A DNA stretch of 64,000 nt from the human T2T-CHM13v2.0 reference genome, Homo sapiens (GCA_009914755.4 CP068257.2:28672001-28736000); one strand, 5' to 3'. Numbered from the stretch's first letter, positions 1-13,907 are shown. The notes: generated by a model from the letters alone, not told the origin. Made by a program: numbers and translations.

Positions 1-128
1 AGGAAGATCTCTTGAGTGCAGGAGTTTGAGGTTATAGTGAATTATGATTGTGCCACTGCACTTTTACTCCAGCCTGGGTAACAGACTGAGACCCTGTCTC
101 AAAAAAGAAAAAAAGAAAAAAGAAAAAG
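1..128 (+). mobile_element. Alu SINE, 3' portion (right arm plus A-rich tail), truncated by window start
   Basis: '...gcactttactccagcctgggtaacagactgagaccctgtctcaaaaaagaaaaaaag' is the Alu right-arm terminus followed by an A-rich tail. Confidence 0.85.
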
Positions 129-639
129 ATTTAGGAAGAGAAACATCCAGAAGAATCCAGAGTAAATATTACAACGCACTATCTGGCACACTTTTGAAAG
201 TTGATGAACACTTGCTGAGTGAATCAATGAAGAAGTCAGCAAATCACTCAAGTTACATTTATAATTCTTTATCAAGCAGCTAGAGCTCTCTCATTAATTA
301 AAAGCATCATAATTCCACTAGAATTAATAAATAAATATTAACAAAAGTCACATTTTTAGTACCTGAGGAAGCACATTTATTAGGTGTTAAAGCAAGTCTT
401 CTCTCACCTGGTGGAAGACACACAAACAAAACCTGAGGGACTGTGCTGGCCAGGAGAATCTTGAAACAACTGGTACAAAAAGAAAGAGTTTTATTTGGAA
501 GAGTTTTTTAAGAAGTGATATATGGCAAGCTATATTTAGCAAGAAATCTCAATCCTAATATTGATTCTGCTTAGCCAAACTTACTGGAAGGTAAATGCCA
601 GGTCCTCCAGAGAGAGCACAAGCTTTAGAAATCACCAGA

Positions 640-1173
640 AGCATAGCTCAGAGATCTGAAGTTAGCTGACAATAAGGTTAGCGGTTGGCATCTGCTATGC
701 ATCTAGTCAATGGCTGGCGACAACAGAAGACATAGGTCAAAGGGAAGCCACTATCAGACATATAGTTCAAGATCTAGTAGATACAAGAGAAGTGGGTCAG
801 TGGATGGAAGCTGTTAATCAGGAATCTTGGTATGTGGTGTGTGTTGGTGGATGCCCTGAACTACAGACACAGGAAGTGGCAGGAACAAAGTGAGTTTCTT
901 GGCAGAGTCTGGACACAGGACAATCAGTAGAAGGGCCGCAATAGATTTGACAGTTGCTGAACGCACATTTGGCTGGCTGGCAGCTGGTGGGTTTGTTACT
1001 GTTCTCCTGGCAGTTGTCCAGGACCCAGGTTGGAAACTACTAAGTAAGCAGAGGGCACCTCTTTAGCTCACTCTTCTAGAGCAGAGAAAAACAAATCAGG
1101 AAAAAAGAATGTAGCAATAACTCCTCAAAGAGCAGGAGCTCTCATTTCCAAAGCAGCAGTAGCTGAAACACAT
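640..1173 (-). pseudogene. KRTAP26-like (high-sulfur KAP) pseudogene relic with premature stops
   Basis: The plus-strand DNA at 895-1050 ('ggctggctggcagctggtgggtttgttactgttctcctggcagttgtccaggacccaggt') aligns with the KRTAP26-1 antisense at 13690-13765. Homology continues to an ATG-equivalent at 1171-1173. The minus-strand translation gives MCFSYCCFGNESSCSLRSYCYILFS*, then a ...TWVLDNCQENSNKPTSCQPAKC... segment broken by stops. Confidence 0.55.
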
Positions 1174-1761
1174 GAGTTAACAAAGTGAGTTTCAGAAGAT
1201 GTATAGAAGCTTTTTCAAATGTGCTCATCACCTTCTAAGCAAATTTCTTATATATCCTCACTGCTTTCTGGCAGTTCCGTATACTCACTCACTTCTGTCT
1301 TCCTGAGATTCTCTTACCTGATGTCATTCCCTTAATAGTTTGTTCGGATGTCCATGAAAATGCCCTCCAGCTTTCTTGTATAATTTTACTCATAATTTTA
1401 AATGTCGCAGCTATTAACCTTCATTCTTTTCATTTTGTCCAGGAAATGTTCAGAATCATAACTAGCTGAGATGGAATTCCTTCTTTAGAATATGGTGCAA
1501 GAAAGAGGGGAACATAAGTGCTCTTTTCCACAGGTGGTGGATACAACATGCCAAAGAATAGGTTAGTGGCTTGCAAAACAAAGATGACTTCTCATTCTTG
1601 AAGGTTTCACAGTTCTTTTTGTCAGCAAAAAGAGAAAAAATGTATACAATGTGGTGGGCTTTTTATAAACTAAACTCTTCAAAATAAAATATTATCATTT
1701 ATTCTAAGATTCTATCCAGATTGTATCTCCATATAAATTCACCCATTTAAATAACATACTA

Positions 1762-2069
1762 GGCCGGGTGTGGTGGCTCACACCTGTAATCCCAGCACTT
1801 TGGGAGGCCAAGGTGGGCAGATCACCTGAGGTCAGGAGTTTGAGACCAGCCTGGCCAACATAATGAAACCCCATCCCTACCAAAAACACAAAAATTAGCT
1901 GGGCATGGTGGCGGGTGCCTGTAATTCCAGCTACTCGAGAGGCCGAGGCAGGAGAATTGTTTGAACCTGGAAGGCAGATGTTTCAGTGAGCAGAAATTGC
2001 ACCATTGCATTCCAGCCTGGGCGACAAGAGCGAATCTTTATCTCAAAAACAAAAACAAACAAACAAAAA
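1762..2069 (+). mobile_element. Alu SINE, full length
   Basis: Starts with the 'ggccgggtgtggtggctcacacctgtaatcccagcactttgggaggc' head, has both arms, and ends in an A-rich tail with (CAAA)n. Confidence 0.95.
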
Positions 2070-5000
2070 CTAGCATGTAAAATTCAAATTAATTGGAACC
2101 CTACCTGAGGTGAATTGGATTCCAAAGTCCTGAGAGATTTTGCAAATGTTTTTATAGACCCTTGTGAGAACTAGAAAATTTACTAAGATTTGTTTGGAGG
2201 GTGCTCTTACATCTGGTTTATTCTGATTTAGTTTATTATTTCATTAAACAAAATCTAACCTATTCAAATAACAATATATTTAAAAGATTTTTGATACATG
2301 TGTCCAAATCCACACTTGGACTACAGTGATGAGTATCTGGTTCCCCACCTCCTCAACACCACTAAGTATTGTTAGCATATTTATTTTGACTGTTTGATGT
2401 GAAAAATAGTGTTTAGTTATTGAGCTAATAAGTATTCATTAGATGACTGGTGAGGCTTTCTATTTTGGTATATTTGTATTGATTATTTAGCTTCCTAGTT
2501 GTGGATCTTTATTGTCAGTTTTAATATCACTCAGTAAATGTATCTTTCATTTTAAAAAGAGATATTTTTCTTAAAAAAACAGAAGAAAATGAACATTTTC
2601 AGAAAGAGTAGTTTTGATGGATTCTGTATTGTCAAATTAACCTTTGCTTTGAAAAATACGGTGAATTTTTAGAAAAAAAAAAAGCCGATTCCTGGCCTGT
2701 CACTTAGAGGCTCATATTTAGAGAGTTGGAATTGGACCCAATAACTTGATTTACTTTGAGGATACATTTACAAAGCCTGGTTAGAAATCCACTGGATGAG
2801 AAAATTCCACAGACATTTGACAATTATCAAAGTCTCTGATTAGTATGTCTATATAAAATTAAAACAAACTCATTGCATTCCAAAAGATCTAAGATAGAAA
2901 CAATTTTCCATCGAACCTTCTTGGGGAAAGCTCTTATGCAACTTTCACCAAATATTTTATTTTGCAGAACTCCCCTGACAGACTTATATCAAATTGCTTT
3001 GACATTTGATAGATAGATTAGATTATAGAGTGACACATTGGATTAAAGGTTTAGTAGTGTGTGGCTTCCATGTGCCAAAGCATTAACATAGTAATATTTC
3101 TAAATTGCTTGTTTATAGATGTAGAAGATTCAGTAAAATGAGTGTCCATTTTACTGTCCAGTAAACTGTGGACCATTCACAGTCCACAGCTAAAAATGAA
3201 CTGTGGTCAGCACTTAGAATAATGCTTAGTATATAACAGCAACTCAAAAGTATTTGTTGATTAAATTATGCCGAATGATGTGTTTGAAGATGTAATTTTA
3301 AATAATGGTATTCAGCTGTGTTTCAGCAAACATAGTATGAGACTAACCCCGAGGAAATTTTTTTTCTTTCAAGATTTCTCTCTCCCTGTCTTGCTTTTTC
3401 TTCTTCATTTTTGCCATCTCTTCACACTACTGGGAAGGAAATAGAAAGCATTTTGTTCTCCTCACAGTTTCACCCTAATAATAAATAGAGTAATGAAGTA
3501 TAGGTCTCTTCATGGGAAACAAGGCAACAAGTATGCTTTAAAATACAGCAGTCTCTTTACCCTGTGGTTGAGAAAGTTCTGTAATCAATTCATAAATTTG
3601 TGTTACAGATATTTCTTATAGGCCATCATCACCTCCAGAGATTCAGCTCATGCTGACTTAACAATACCAGATATTTATCGACCAATAAGAATTTCATAAA
3701 GAAAATGGAAAGTGCTCTTCTGTTTTAATGGAGAATGAAGGCTCATCCATACAACTGTCCCTAGAGCAAACAGGAACAGACAGCGTGTTACGTGCGGGCC
3801 GCATAACATTTCCTTGTGTGGTCTTTTTTTTTCCACTGTATTGTTACATCTGATAATTGTCTATATTGGGAGCCAGAGGTAGATAGCACTTGTATATGGA
3901 ATTAAAAGGAACAGAAAAAGTGAAAAGGCAGCAAAATATTGTGTTTTTTTGTGTGTATCCTCTGAATTTGCCTCTGAAGTCATTGGCCTTGACTGCCTAG
4001 GTAAGGCTAAATTACTCCTTGGAAGGTTCTATAAAAAATTTCTTATTAAGTACACTACATTTTTTTAGGTCATGGAAATAAAATGATTTTGACATTTGCA
4101 ATAATGCTCTGATTTGAGTTTAGAAGAAAACATAGCCTGCAATTGATTTCACTAACTGGAGTGTGACCTATATTGCAAACCCTATATCCTTCCTTTAATT
4201 TTTAAATAATTAATTGCTAAGACATACAAATACTAAAAAAATTTGATTGTTTCTTCAGAGAATAGTAATGTCTTTTGTCTTTTTCTTTGGATGAAAAAAT
4301 AAGATAATAGCAGAGGAAATACAAAGCTAAAACACCTGTGATCCAGCACAACTGTCAGTTAGAAAAGTACAAGTCAATGTCCATAGTCAGCTGATTAAAG
4401 TTAAGCAGGTGCATCAAAAATGATGACAGGTACTTGTGCATAAGAAAGTACGAGCTTCCATAATTGAACTTGATTGCTCGATATCTTCATGTGGGCCTAT
4501 TTCATAGAATCATTTTAATGTGAATGTTTCTGTTATAAAAGGGATATGTTATGTTTTGCTAAATAATTGTATCTACATGTTGTAATAGAACTGGTCAATA
4601 TAGATATAATTAAGAAGGCCAACCATAATTTATTCAATATTGTATTAGTTCACAGGAATAATTTTAAAAACTTGACACTTTATTGACTGTTCTGCAATGA
4701 GGCATTAAGTAATAATATGGTGTTTATTATTAACTTCATATTTAGATAAACTTAACATGGGCTTTAAAGAATTTACTGAAGAGGATTAAATACATTTTTG
4801 AGGGGCCACACTCAATTATTTGATTAGATTAGATTACTACAGAAAGTAGCTTTGTATTCATTTTCTAATACTGAAAAGTTCTGGCATTTAGTTGAAAGAT
4901 CCGTATATCAAATGTCCAATCTGCAGTCCCCTTCCTTTGGATTCAAGTAAAGAACCTGTATCTGAATGACATGGTCAATACTATACTGTCTATACAGAAT

Positions 5001-7462
5001 GGCTGTTCCTCAGTTCACCCTTGTTGGGATATGAACTTTGAAGATTTCCTTTTAGTTTATCCTATAGCCTCTCACTAGTAGCACTTTTTGTATATGGCAC
5101 ATGATATAGGTGCCTCGTGTGCAGTAAATTGCCCGCTCATGTTGTCCCGGAGGCCTAGATGTCACGTAAAGGGCATTCACCTACTTGAAAAAGTTATTGC
5201 TTTCCATAGTATAAAATTACTGGAGTATGCATAGGACATGAAAACTTTCAGTAATCTGTGGGATTTTTCCTAATTAATGCTATCTATCAAGATAATTGTT
5301 ACACACCTCAGAGTATAAATAGCCACATATTGTATTTTAAAAGTAGATCTCTAGTTTCATTGCCAGATATCTCTCAGCACAAACTAGATTAGTATGAGAA
5401 CAACCTGCTTTTGTTTTAATGCACAAACCAAACTTTGAACATCTGCATTCCAAGTACAAAAAAAGTCCATTGTAAATATGTCAGCAAGAATTAATATCAT
5501 TAATGACATGCTTATTTGATCAAGGGAATACATTAAAATATAAAGAGTAATTTCCTATGAAAAAAAAGTAATAAGACCAGTAAAAAGGAACAGAAATGTC
5601 CAAAAAATTTGAGAGAAGAAAAGTGCTTGGAACTTGAATAAGGTCACAAACATTTAACTACTGTCATTGTGATATATGTCAGAAAAGTTATAGAACTAAG
5701 AAAGTTTTATGTTATGTATTTCCTTTAAAGCTTGCAATCAGGTTTACTCTGATATCTTAATATCTGTTTTGGTAATTTGTTAAGGTTTAAAAGGTGAGTA
5801 AAATGTTTACAAGGTATTGGCTGAGGAACTTTGTGTTGGAAGTTAATAAACATCAGTGTCAAATTGGAAAGATTTTGCATATTTATATTGCAAGGAAAAA
5901 GTCACTAGGCTTTCTTACTTGATTAGGAAGGGCACTTCCATATGTCATCTCTATGATTTGAAGTGGACTATACTTCTCCCTTCTATTGGTTTAAGAATTA
6001 CACACACTGTATATTCTTCTACCACGTAATAACTTAGAAGGATTTATTGAAAAGTTCAAAATATGCTGTTTTTGTTTTTATTCCATTGATGAAATAAATG
6101 CATGAATGGGAGTAACAGAATATATTAACACATCTAGAGAAAAATATTGTTGCTTATCCCTGCATAGCTGCTGGTACATCACAGATAGCAACAACAAAAA
6201 TCCATAACCAGTACTATGATTTGGATGTCTTCTCCATAACTCATGTTGAAATTTAACTGCCATTGTGATGATCTTGGCAAGTGGAACCTCTAAGTGGTGA
6301 TTAAGTGGCAGAGTCTTCATAAATCCTGTTATTTCATGAGTGGTTTAGACTCCTGGGAATGAGTTCCCCAGGATACCCTTTCTCTGTCTCACAGGCTCCT
6401 TTGTTCTCTCTCATCATGTGATATCTTCCACCATGTTTTCACACAGCAAGGGGATCCTTATCAGATGCAAACCCTCTATCTGGAATTTCCAGACTCCATA
6501 GCTAAGAACTGATAAAAATTTCTATTGTCTATAATTTGCCCAGTGTGTAGTATTCTGTTACAGCAATAGAAAATGGACTAGGACTACCAGCCAAAATCTT
6601 AGGTCAGAAACTAAAGTGACTCCAGTGAGACATTAGATGAATAACTAATTAACAACTCCTAAAAATTATAATTGCAAGCTTTAAAAAAATAATCTTATGA
6701 AAGAATAAGTCTTGTTATGTAACATGGACCACTTGGATCTTACTGTCTCAGCAAGATGCTATAATTCTTAGTAAGCAAAAATTAAATACTCATCTTTAAT
6801 TAGAAGTCTATCTTGTTGAACTTACTCTACTTTTGGAAAACAACCAATGATTGCTAAATACCTTTCAGACATAACTATTTGAGGTGACCCTGTTGGTGGC
6901 AAAGGGTCTAATGTATTGAACATATTGGCAAACTCTCTGATACTGCTCTTTCTTCACTCAATACCATCTAGCTGCACTGGGTTCCTTTTATTCTGCATTC
7001 TCCCCAAGTTCCTGCCTTTGATCTTGTTCTCCATGTCTAAAACCGTTGACTGCAGGGCACTCTCCTTTTAATATTTCTAGATATGATTCAAATGAAATTT
7101 TTGTTAAAGCCAAAATATCCCAACCTTGTTAAAATTAACCAGCTCCCCTCTTTTTATAATATAATTTGTATCCCCTTTATACTGTTTTATATACTCTAAT
7201 ATTATCATATTTCTTTATCAATATTTATGATTTATTTTTTGTCATTCCCCCAGATTGAGTTGTTTATTATTGTATTTCCAGAACATAGAAGAGGGCTTGG
7301 CATACGATAGAAATTCCTTATTATTGACTGAGCGCTTATGTATGCTGAAATTACTTCGAAGGATAAAAATGCGTTTATCAAATGATACGATGAATCACTG
7401 ACTGAATTATCAATCTGAAATGTTTAAGTAGATTCTCCCAACCGTTTCAGGGAACATAATCC

Positions 7463-7480
7463 AAAAAAAAAAAAAAAAAA
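7463..7480. repeat. poly(A) homopolymer (A)18
   Basis: Uninterrupted A run. Confidence 0.9.
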
Positions 7481-7559
7481 GCAAAGAAAATGACTGGTTT
7501 AATGATTTAAATGATAAGTGGAACAATGAGTAAGTAATCATGTCACTGCATATGTTTTA

Positions 7560-8560
7560 AATATTTCACTCCATGCTTTTCTTGCATGCATGGCTTCTGA
7601 CAAGGAGTCTATTGTAATTCTTGTCCCAGTTTCTCTATAGATAAGGTATTTTTCCCCTGGCTTTTTCTTTTCTAAAGATTTCACATCATTTTTGTTTATC
7701 TGAAGTATGAATATGATATGCCTAGGTATAATAATCTTTTTGTTTTATTCTAAAATGCTGCTTGGTGTTCTCTGAGCTTCCTGAGTATGTGGTTTGGTGT
7801 TTATCATTAAAATTTGAAAGTTCTCCATCATTACTGCCTCAAAACCTTATTTCTTCTCCTTTTGACATTCAAGTTAAGAGTATATTATATGTTTTGAATT
7901 GTTCCATAGTTTTGGATGTCCTCTTCTGTGTTTTTGTGTTTGTTGTTGTTGTTTTTCTGTTTTTTTAATCTTTGCATTTCAGTTTGGGGCGTTTCTATTG
8001 GCTTAGCTTCAAGTTCACTGATTCTGCGCTTCACCATGACTAGTCTACTAATGAGACCATTAAAATAATTATTCGTTTATGTTGCAGTAATTTTTATTTC
8101 TAGTTTAATTCATTCTTTAAATTTCTATCTCCCTGCTTCCATTGTCCATCTGTCTTTATATGTTATTATATCTACTTTTCCCATTAGAACTCTAAATGTA
8201 TTAATCAGAGTTATTTTAAGTTGTGTCTGATGATTCCAATGTCTGTGTCATATTTGAGTCTGATGTGGATGCTTGCTTTTACTTTGGAGGCTGTGCTTTC
8301 ATTGCCTTTTGGTGTGTCTCTTAACTTTTTTGTTGAAAGTCACTTGTGCTATATTCAGTAGTAGGAACTGAGGCAAATTGGCATTTAATGTTAGATTTGA
8401 AATGATTCTGGCTAGAAGTTGGGCTGTGTTTAATACCTGCTGTAGTTGTAGGTGTCAGAGGCTTCAGATTTCTCTATTATCCTTAATTTTTGTCTACCCT
8501 CTTGGCTTTCAGCTGACCTAAGTACTCCTCCTTAGAGACGATCTGTTTCATGGAGCCCTT
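7560..8560 (-). mobile_element. Probable ancient LINE-1 fragment (antisense)
   Basis: AT-rich, T-biased sequence with the look of L1 antisense ORF1/ORF2 regions. No clean consensus match that I can verify by eye. Confidence 0.25.
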
Positions 8561-10710
8561 TCAACTATAATCCACTGTTATTAAACTGGAGCCTTGCCGG
8601 TGTGGGGCGAAAGATGGAGGAGAGGCGAAGCATTTCATAATCTTATAATTAAACCTCAGTCTTTTATTGGACCTGTGTCCCTGAGCTGTGAGCTTCACTG
8701 GTATTTCTTTGTCCTCCCTACTTAGGTGAGCCAGAAAAGGTAGTGCAGGCATCGTGTGGAATGGGAAAATACCCTTTCCTTGAGTTGAATAAGGTCCTGG
8801 TAAAGTCTTTTCTTCCTGAAGAGTAAGGATTTATGATGGAGGAGGTTCTGAGCATGCTTTTCTAGGATTATTCCTCTCTTTCTCTTGACAGAGCCATTTT
8901 GGCATCATCCTTGGATTTCTTCCATGAGAAACCTGTGGGATCCCTAGAGGCAAAAACCATGGAGTATATGAGGTATGAGGCATCCTTAAGACTGTAGCAG
9001 CTAGGAGGGTTGGATACACATGCTGGTACACACTCAGCCTCCAGAAATTCCTCAAATTTATGATTTAAGTGTTCCTACCAGATGATGGCTTCAGCAGCTT
9101 TTGCTCTAGGAAAGCATACTCCAGATGTGACTCTAGACTCACCTGCCTCCCCAGATTTTGGAGTGGAATTTGGCCCTCCAGACTTAGCTCTTTGATGGGT
9201 TCAGGAAAAGTCATTGATTTTCAAGTTGCCCATTGTTTTCTTGTTGTAAGACAATATTGGTGACTCTTAAGCTCCTTACGGGTTGGAATTGAAACCAGAA
9301 ATCCATACATTCCTTGAGTCATCATCCCCAATGGCATCACTTTCATTAATTTCTGGAAAAATTCTCTAAGCAAAAATATAGTTTCAGTGGAGAATGAAAT
9401 TAATGTTTATACTGGCAAGTGACTATTCAGAGTTAAGTTTAGAAAGAAGACTCAGAATCCAAATTCTACCCTCAAAATATCTGAATAATCTGTTAGACTA
9501 ACTCTGTTTTCATTTTTCTTATGTATGACTGATTTAAAGACTCTAATAATTATTAAGGTATATGTTTACTTTTACCTCAACCCATTTCAATCAAGATAAA
9601 GAAGAAGATGATTCTGTGTGTCTTTCTTATGTATTTGGTATGTGGAGTCTCATGTTGAAATTAAGGAAAAGTAGTGATGCTTCACAATTGCTTTTGATGG
9701 AGACTTACGCTTTCTTGATTAAAGTTCAGTTGAAAAGGGCAATGTATTATTTGTCCTTATGGTTTGACAAAATGACGTCAGCTTTTATAAAATCCAGTTT
9801 GAAAATGACTACATCCAGAAGGTTAATCACAAGGAACACAATGGTACCTGAATATTAATAAAGAAATATTTAAATTTTGTGAAAAGAGGAGCCTAAAGAC
9901 CTACCCTCCACTTACCTTACTCATGGGAATAAAACCTATACAACTAGAAGTCAAAACTTATCAGATAGTACATTGCCCTGTAATTTGCTTAAATAAATAA
10001 ATCTTCATATTACACTTGTAATGTAGTTTACTGTGGAGAAACACAGACTTTGAGAAAACTTAAAAATAAATCTCAGACAAGTAATTTACAATCTCTATGA
10101 CTGTGGCTAAATTATGAACAATTAGAGCTACTGCGCTGGATATTAAAGAAATTAAATTAATAAAATACTAAATCAGACATAGATGGCAATAGACAAGTAT
10201 CAAAGGTGGACTAAGGTATAGCTATTAGCAGGTCCTGTCTAGTCACGGGATAATTGATACAGAACTTTCCTTAATTCCTAGCGCTTGGACTTGTAAGCTG
10301 TGGGGAAATGAGAAGCAAACATTTGTTTCCCCCAGACTCAGGAAAGATAGCGTAAAACAAAACTCCAAAGGAAAAAATGTGAATTTCTCATCACCATCCA
10401 ATCAAAATGCAATCTACTGTCATTCAAATCAATAAACATTTACAGAGAGCCTAGTCATGGTACTGCCACAAAAGCAGCATTTGAAGGGCTCAAAGTGTAG
10501 AGGAGAGTTTATAAATGCAAATAATGAAAAATAAAACATGTTAGTGAGGTAACGCTAGACAATTAGTCAACAGAACAGAACAGAGTCAAGAAATAGACCC
10601 ATCCATTTAAAGATAATGTATTTACGAAAAAAGGGGCACGGAACTGCAGAGTAGTAGAAAAAGGAGAGAGTTTTAGGTGATGGTGCTGATTCAACAGAAT
10701 TTTGACCCCT

Positions 10711-10770
10711 AACTCACATCACACACAGGCACACAGACACACACACATAAACACACAAACAGCTTTTCAT
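10711..10770. repeat. Degenerate (CA)n / CA-rich microsatellite
   Basis: 'acatcacacacaggcacacagacacacacacataaacacacaaac'. Confidence 0.8.
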
Positions 10771-10789
10771 TGATGGCATATTTAAATGT

Positions 10790-11960
10790 GGAAAATCAAA
10801 TAAGAAAGTTTCTAAAGTTAATATTTTTATTAATTTGGGGTAAACAAAGTTTTATTTAAAAGGATGAGAAAATTACTAACTATAAACAGAAGATCAATAA
10901 ATTAGATTCATTTCTGTTAATCTAAATACACCATTAAGGGCATAAAAAGACAAGGAATGATATGGAAGAAGTTAAGCTAAATATGTATACTCAACAAAGA
11001 GTTAATATCTAGACCATGTGAAGAACTATCCAATCCTGAAGACAGACAAACCTACTAAAAATAGGGACAAATGACATGGATGTTACTTCAAGCAAAAAAT
11101 TTAAATGGCCAAGAAACAAGAAACATTTTATTTAAAAAGTGCTCAATTCAATGGACCATCAAGAAAATTAAAAACAAAACAAACATTTTTTAGAATTACA
11201 TTCTCACTAGAAGTGCTAAATGTAAATAGGCTGACAACTTCAAGTGTTGGTGAGGGTGTAGAACAACTGGAATTCTCATACTCTGATAGTAGAAGTCAAT
11301 ATTAGCATAACTGCAAGGATAACTTTGTAATGGTGTAAAATAGAGCTGAACAAGCACATCCTACATAACTTAATTCCACCCTTACACATATTGCAGAATA
11401 GAAATAGATACAGATGTGTATTAAAATATAGCCGAAGAATACAAGAATATTCTGTACACTAATTCTAATAGATCCAAACTAGAAACAACCCAAAGGCTCA
11501 TCAACAAAAGAATGTATAAATATATTTTGGTGTTTTAACCTTGAATATTATGTACACAAAAAATTAAAAGACTACTGGTACATATAACAATATGGAAAAA
11601 TCACACATAATATTTAGTACAAGAAGACAGACACCAATGGGTAAATACTTTATAATTTCATTTTACAGTTCAAGAACATGCAAAAATTAGTTATGTATGT
11701 TATATGTTAACTAAAATCTCATTTAAAATGATGTTAAAAATAACAGTTCAACAAGATTAACAGTAGACATATGGCTGAGATAAAATTCAGGCTGAGCCAA
11801 TGTGTGATTAGGGTAAGAGGCACAGAGAGGGCCGGGGAAAGGCTTCAAAAAATAGGGGATACAGATGTCACAAAATCAAAATATCCAGGAGAGCAAGCAA
11901 ATAAGGCAAATAATGAACCAGAATGAAATTAACAACAGTGGCATGATCATGATAGTAAGT
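10790..11960 (+). mobile_element. Ancient LINE-1 (L1M-type) fragment, ORF2 3' region
   Basis: The segment '...gtgttggtgagggtgtagaacaactggaattctcatactctgatagtagaagtcaatattagcataactgcaag...' resembles the C-terminal ORF2 region of old L1 subfamilies ('ctgttggtgggaatgtaaa...'). The spurious ORF at 11105-11305 lies inside it. Confidence 0.5.
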
Positions 11961-13018
11961 GGAACTGGCATTCTGCTTCATTGTCAGGAAGTCTCTAGGG
12001 CAAGATTGAACTGAGAACCAGAAGTGTGTGCCCTGTCTAAAGGGAACAGCTGGGAGTTACTGCGAGCTGCCTGCCAATCACTTTCTTGCACAGTGATACA
12101 GTTTCTAGCTTTTCTAGCTATTCCAGTTCCTCAAAAAGGTAAATATTCAGGCTTTTAAAACTTTATTTCCTTTTAATTAATGAAATATATGCCCCCACAC
12201 ATTTTAGGTTGAGTGAGAGAAAAAATGTATCTTTAATTGTTACATGTCCCATAGCTTATAACTTCTGGCAAATTCTGTGATAGTTCAGGACTGTTTTGTT
12301 CACCTCAGTATCTTTTGTGCCTGGCATATAGTATGCAAGCAGTACCTTTGTTTCTGAATAAATCAAAAGATTAATTAATGAACTCAAGACTGTGTTTTTG
12401 TAAAAGCAAGTATGAGTTTTCAAAACAGAGCTGAAGAACATACCGCTCTCGATGATGACCTATGCAAAAGGATGGATGACTGTAAAAAGCATATGTTTGG
12501 GGACCCATGTGTAAGTCAGGATCGCAGGAGCTTAGTTTTATTATTTGCAATATTGAGCAAAAGAGCATGAAGCCAGAGAGGTATGGGGGAGAAAGACAGT
12601 GAGGGAACTAGGTGTCATGCTAAGAGGTTTGAATATTTATCTTATGGGAATAGATTATAGGAAGCCATCAAAGGCGTAAGCAGAAACTTGGTTAGGTTTG
12701 CAATTAGAAAGAACATTCTGGTGGAAGTGTGTTCATGGGGTAGAGAGATAAGAGACATCACTCCTAATTTTTCCTTTTCAAAACAGCTTTCCCAAGGACT
12801 TTTTGGGTCTCTCAAGTACATAGGGTCAGAAGTCTAAAAAGCAGCTTAAGGAATAAACCATCAAACAATCCCTCTACTGTCAGGTAAGAATATATGGTTG
12901 AGTATCACTTGTCCAGCTCAGTCATCTTGCAAGCAATTGACGTTGGTTATTTCTGTGTTGAAATTAAGTCATGAAACACAAAGCGCTGAACCAGATTCTT
13001 AATTTGGACTTAATCGCA

Positions 13019-13024
13019 TTTATT
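13019..13024 (-). promoter_or_regulatory. KRTAP26-1: Candidate polyadenylation signal AATAAA for KRTAP26-1
   Basis: The plus strand reads 'tttatt', which is AATAAA on the minus strand, about 250 nt downstream of the stop codon. Confidence 0.4.
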
Positions 13025-13274
13025 ATAGTGCAAAACAAATACATTCTTCCCAGACCAGAGCAACATTGAATAGCATTGTAAACTAATTTTTTTGATGTCA
13101 AGGAAAGATGAAAACAAGATAAAACATGCGAGAGAAGCAGCTTGCATTAGATCAGGCACAGTAAAACTAAGAAACATCAGTTGCTACTAGCAAAGAAGCA
13201 AAAGTCCATGGAGTTTGAATTTTTGTTGTGGATGCTCAGAGTGATTATTCACTGGAACAAAGAAGCTGCTGGTT

Positions 13275-13907
13275 TCACAGTCCAGAGCAAGATGGACGAC
13301 ACGTGCTGAACACATGGGTCAGAGGTTGGCAACCACTGAACAGAGGCCCCAGAGGTCTGAGGCTGCTGGACACAACGTGAAGACTTTGAGGACGATAGGC
13401 CAAGCAACTCGAGGGTTGGCATCCAGAAGTGAGGAGGTTTTGGGGCTGGCAACTCTTGGACAAGCAGAATTGGGGGCGATAGGCATTGGGCACACAGTCT
13501 CCTATGGGCTGGTAACTATTGAGCAGCGGCCTCAGTGGACGACAGCCGCTGGACACATACCTCTGTGGTCTACAGGATACTGGAAGGCAGGAACTGGAGA
13601 AGAAAGAAGCAGGAAGAAAACTGCTTCCTTGGCAAGGCCTGGGCACGTAGTAAGCAGTGGAAGAACCGCAAGAGGTTTCAAGATTGCCGGTCTCACAGTG
13701 GACCGGCTGGCAGCTGGTTGGTTCACCGCAGGTCTCTTGGCAGTTGTCTGTGACCCAGGTATGGTCTTGAGAGCTAGTGGGTAAGTAGAGGACATCTCCA
13801 CAGCTCACGCTGGTAGGGCAGAGGTCGATGGAGGTGAGAGGAATATGGCGGGAGGTTCTGAGAGATCCTGAGTTGGAGTTTCCCGAGCAGTAGTTGGGGC
13901 AAGACAT
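13275..13907 (-). CDS. KRTAP26-1: Keratin-associated protein 26-1 (high-sulfur KAP), single-exon CDS, 210 aa
   Basis: Intact 210-aa ORF, MSCPNYCSGNSNSGSLRTSRHIPLTSIDLCPTSVSCGDVLYLPTSSQDHTWVTDNCQETCGEPTSCQPVHCETG...RPSCSGL. It is Cys/Ser/Pro rich with CQP/CRP repeats typical of KAPs. I recognise it as KRTAP26-1 of chr21q22.11. Confidence 0.9.
   Translation of the reverse strand: MSCPNYCSGNSNSGSLRTSRHIPLTSIDLCPTSVSCGDVLYLPTSSQDHTWVTDNCQETCGEPTSCQPVHCETGNLETSCGSSTAYYVPRPCQGSSFLPASFFSSSCLPVSCRPQRYVSSGCRPLRPLLNSYQPIGDCVPNAYRPQFCLSKSCQPQNLLTSGCQPSSCLAYRPQSLHVVSSSLRPLGPLFSGCQPLTHVFSTCRPSCSGL

Noticed and set aside
3761-3800. Short CpG-containing stretch 'acagcgtgttacgtgcgggccgcataac' considered as a CpG island or promoter
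   Set aside because: It is far too short, and the surrounding sequence is AT-rich without further CpGs
13314-13801. Overlapping plus- and minus-strand ORFs at 13314-13784 (+), 13535-13753 (+), 13532-13801 (-) and 13249-13452 (-), inside or over the KRTAP26-1 CDS. The same pattern gives 30931-31188 (+) and 31158-31346 (-) over KRTAP27-1.
   Set aside because: These are alternative-frame or antisense readings of a Cys/Ser-rich repetitive CDS. Only the 210-aa and 207-aa minus-strand frames have KAP protein similarity and a Met start with an upstream TATA.
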